A stretch of 64,000 nt of DNA from Paragordius varius (taxonomy: Eukaryota > Animalia > Nematomorpha): positions 3,782,001 to 3,846,000 of the forward strand of contig OZ176054.1 in NCBI GenBank assembly GCA_964247055.1, written 5' to 3'. The notes beneath the pieces are model-generated. The model searched no databases and was not told the DNA's origin. It saw only the letters and a program-made list of their open reading frames with translations. How positions within the stretch are numbered: the first letter of the stretch is position 1; each line of letters starts with the position of its first letter. A program made the translations under genes and the position numbers. Positions 60,488-64,000 of this stretch are shown one piece after another.

Positions 60488-63385
60488 CTCCATTTTGTAG
60501 TGAACGGTTTTCTCATCACGGTCTACCAAATGAAATGTAAAACTTTCTAAATATTTAAATATGTATTATTAACCATTTATTGCCTTTAAGTTTCTATGGA
60601 TAAAAAATAAAATTGTCTTGATTGGTAAAAAGCTAGAAAACAATTTATATTATGATTGAAAAATAAATTTTATTAATTATAAATGTATTTTATTGTACAA
60701 TTTTTGTTATATTTTTTCTAATATTATAAAAAATTTAATATATAAAATGAAATGTTTGATAAGTTATAGACATTAATTATTGCAAACACTATTTTAATTT
60801 TTACCATTAAGAGTGTTATGGTAAAGTTTTTTGTGTATTAATGTCCATGGTACGTGGAAAATTATGCGAATCGTCAAATCGATAATGAATGCGAGGCTTA
60901 AGATAACTAAACGCATCTATATACAAAAAAATTTAATATTACTCTCTAAAATATATGTTTATAAAAATATAGGAAATAAAATTAACTTAAAAATCTAAAT
61001 TTCACCAAGGTTATAAAACATTTACTGAGTAATTTACAAGTTTTTAGGCCTGACATAAAAAATTAATAATAAAAATAATTCTTATTGGTCAAAAAAATGC
61101 AACGTTTAAATAAGGCGAATAGATAAATCCATTATAATGTTCACTTAAGTTAAAAAAAATCCAATGCCTCATATCTAGGGTTGGGGTTAACCCGTCAAAA
61201 AAATAAGCCCGCTAATAAATGCATTCATTGGGTCATACCCAATATATATTGCTTCCAAATAAACTTTTTACAACAAATCAAACTTAGTATAAATTGTTTC
61301 AATAAAGTTAAAATCAAATATAATCATTAGAATTTTTTCGCTTATTCTTTCATTAAAGCAGTCACATTCATGCTAACCCAACTTTACTTAGATCCCACAA
61401 ATTAAATTATGTATCAACATATCTCGGGTTTATTTATAATACTTATTGTAAAATACTTCGATAAATTATTTTATTTCACTATAAATATAAATTATTTGTA
61501 ATTTACCCAAGTGAACATAATGTAAAAGACTAGTATAGATGGTAGTATGAAAAGGAGAACACTAAAGAAAAACGTTCCAATAAATAATTGGTCCATTTCA
61601 TAATTGGCATGGTCGACCCTTTTCCTAAGTGGATTCCATTTACAGCCCCGGAATAAACGGAATAGAGATCGTAAGGCAGTGAATACTAAACCATATAATC
61701 TAATTTACATGGTGGTTATCTTATAGCATAACTATAAACCTTAACATAATTCAATTATATTTTGGCTCTCATCTAATAAATCAATCTTAATTAATTTCTA
61801 ATTTCACGATTCAGACCCAGAAATGTAAAAGGACATTATCTTATAAAAATGGTTAATATAATCTGTTGTGAACACATTGGTTAAAATGGTTAACATCAAT
61901 TATAGTCTAATACAAAAGGTTCCAAAAGTGGCTTAGGATTTTTCTACCCGCGAAAAATATGGAAAAAAAACAAATAAATACTATTAAATTGAAAAAATAT
62001 CTTAGTATAATTTTGTATCATCTACTTTAAAATATTATTTTGTAATAATATTTTTTAGTATTATATCCCTTTTGTTAATTAACGCCATTAATTGCCGTGT
62101 AAAGTCGTTTAATATTTGTATATACCACATATTACCATTAAATTAAATTTCGGGTACTGTGACTTGACTTCTTCAAGGTAAAAATTATAATTTATACAAA
62201 TTTTTTATATACGATAACCGTAATATTCAAATTAATTAATAAACTAAAATATTTTAAAATGTCGGCAAATCTGAATATGTTTTTTTCAAATTTGCCAACG
62301 GAATAAACAAAAATGAAAATAAATAGCAGATGTATCGTGGTTGTAATTGTTACGTTTGAAATATATTAAATATTTGTTGTCAATGCTATATTTTTTCAAC
62401 GCGGCCCGCAGATTTTTTCAGCTGAAAATACGGCCCCTAAAGTCAATTGGATACCGTTGTCTTATAGCATTAACAAAAATTTAAAGATTCTAACTATTTC
62501 TATAAATATATGTATACAGTCATGTATCTCTTATTTTATCAAAAAAATATTTTTTTTTGTTAAATGGGTATACATATTTGGTAAAGAATGGAAAAACCAA
62601 GAGCTCTATGGTTATTCTTATACTTTTTTGATGAATATGATCCATTGTTAATGCCATAGATATTTTTTCCATCCTAAATATTTATACCCATTTAACGAAA
62701 AAAAATAAATTTTTGATAAAATAAAGGATACATGACTATATATTATAGCAAATTGTTTATTAACGGATTAAAAAAATGTGCATATATTATTGGTTAAAAA
62801 TTAATAAAAAAAATACTTGGAGGCATATACATAAATGCAGTAAATATGAAATGTGAGTAATGATATGGTATCGACCAATATGGCCAAAAAGTAGGTAAAA
62901 CCAAACCATAAGGAATACTTTGCAATCATAAACAAGTAGATCAGCGCAAAGCCAGATAATTTGACATATTCTATATGTATAATTAATAAATTATATAAAC
63001 AATTTTTTAGCAAAAATTAATAAAATTTTAAAATTTACCTGACCATAGTTTAACGTGAAAAAGATAAAAATATCCAAGAGATGATGTCAGAGGCCGTACT
63101 AATTTAAGACCAGAGGGAATACCCATTAACCAATTTATATTGTTTTTCAATCGAGATGATACCACCTTAACGTTAAAAATAATTTACCTCCATTAGATTC
63201 AATACCATAAGGCCATACTTATCATAATCAAAAAATTTGGCGAGTAAAAAATAAAATAGTAGGCCAAGAAAGGCGTTAAAAATTATAAATGCCACATGAG
63301 CTTTAATATCATAAAAAGTTTGGACTAAATGATATCTAAAAAAAGAATTAATTATTTTATTTTTTTTGTCCATGTGTTTATACAT
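60488..63385 (-). CDS. PIGQ: GPI-GlcNAc transferase subunit Q (Gpi1); last exon unresolved (probably about 60300-60430)
   Basis: Exons 63188-63385, 63039-63165, 62817-62970, 61507-61699, 60805-60916, 60488-60546. Motifs: WLMGIPSGLKL, DTISLLTFHIYCIYVYA, SLFRLFRGCKWNPLRKRVD..YEMDQLFIGTFFFSVLLFILPS. Confidence 0.9.
62517..62738. mobile_element. Tc1-type MITE in a PIG-Q intron
   Basis: TA|CAGTCATG...CATGACTA|TA with inverted arms of about 55 bp. Confidence 0.8.
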
Positions 63386-63432
63386 TTTTTATCATCTGAT
63401 TTACTTATTTTGAGTATATATTTACATCCGTC

Positions 63433-63962
63433 ATGGTATTTTTAATTTTTATTTTGTAGAAAGTAAAAGCACGCGCCTTACGGGGAAAGAAAAAGGCAGA
63501 ATTATTAAAACTTTTAGATGATTTGAAGCAAGAATTATCTGAATTACGTGTCGCCAAGGTCACGGGTGGAGCACCGACCAAATTATCTAAAATGTAAATA
63601 TTTTATATGCATGTATTACCCTTAAATAATTTTTATTATTTAAGTTTAGACCATGCTAAACTATTGGCAATCAAAACCATTGTTTTTTTGATTAATGAAA
63701 AATTCACTGATTGTATCGCAATATTTATAGACATACCACCAGAAAATCAATTGCTCGTGTTTATACTATAATTAATCAAACACAAAAGGAAAACCTGCGA
63801 AAGTTTAATGCTAAATCCAAACGGTTACCATTGGATTTGCGTAAGAAGAAGACCCGTGCTATGAGGAGACAACTTACAAAACATGAAGCCAACATTAAAT
63901 CCAGGAAACAGCTTCGAAGGGAGAGATTATACCCTAGACGTGTTTATGCACTTAAGGCCTAA
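63433..63962 (+). CDS. RPL35: 60S ribosomal protein L35 (uL29), 122 aa
   Basis: Exons 63433-63435, 63460-63593, 63731-63962. Motifs: [48 protein letters not shown]. Confidence 0.97.
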
Positions 63963-64000
63963 TAATTTATTTGTATTTTATGGTTATGATATAAAAATAA

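Overview
This is very AT-rich eukaryotic, animal-like genomic DNA, not prokaryotic. I saw no CRISPR array, rRNA or tRNA. I reconstructed 10 protein-coding genes by reading splice sites by hand: a GT31 beta-1,3-galactosyltransferase, an unrecognised secreted micro-exon gene, an NRBF2-like gene, CWF19L2, a FAAH2-like amidase, a divergent Patched, C12orf4/FERRY3, NSA2, PIG-Q and RPL35. Between and inside them lies dense, often nested DNA-transposon debris: hAT (Buster- and Ac-type), piggyBac-like, Tc1/mariner, TWA-target (Harbinger-like) and Helitron elements, plus two foldback families ending in CCATTT. Main observations: (1) a minus-strand gene at about 11.0-14.5 kb, absent from the ORF track, built from symmetric phase-1 micro-exons (12-69 nt) that encodes a signal peptide, acidic spacers and five KR sites; (2) nine GT-AG introns of only 21-26 nt alongside introns up to 3.8 kb; (3) three head-to-head gene pairs with only 31, 47 and 80 nt between start codons; (4) a minimal type I hammerhead ribozyme at 21.7-21.8 kb; (5) a Patched lacking the TM4/TM10 acidic transport residues; (6) two four-level transposon nests. 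Homology calls are from memory of the families, with no database searches. The source taxon cannot be fixed from this window. Exon models need RNA-seq confirmation.
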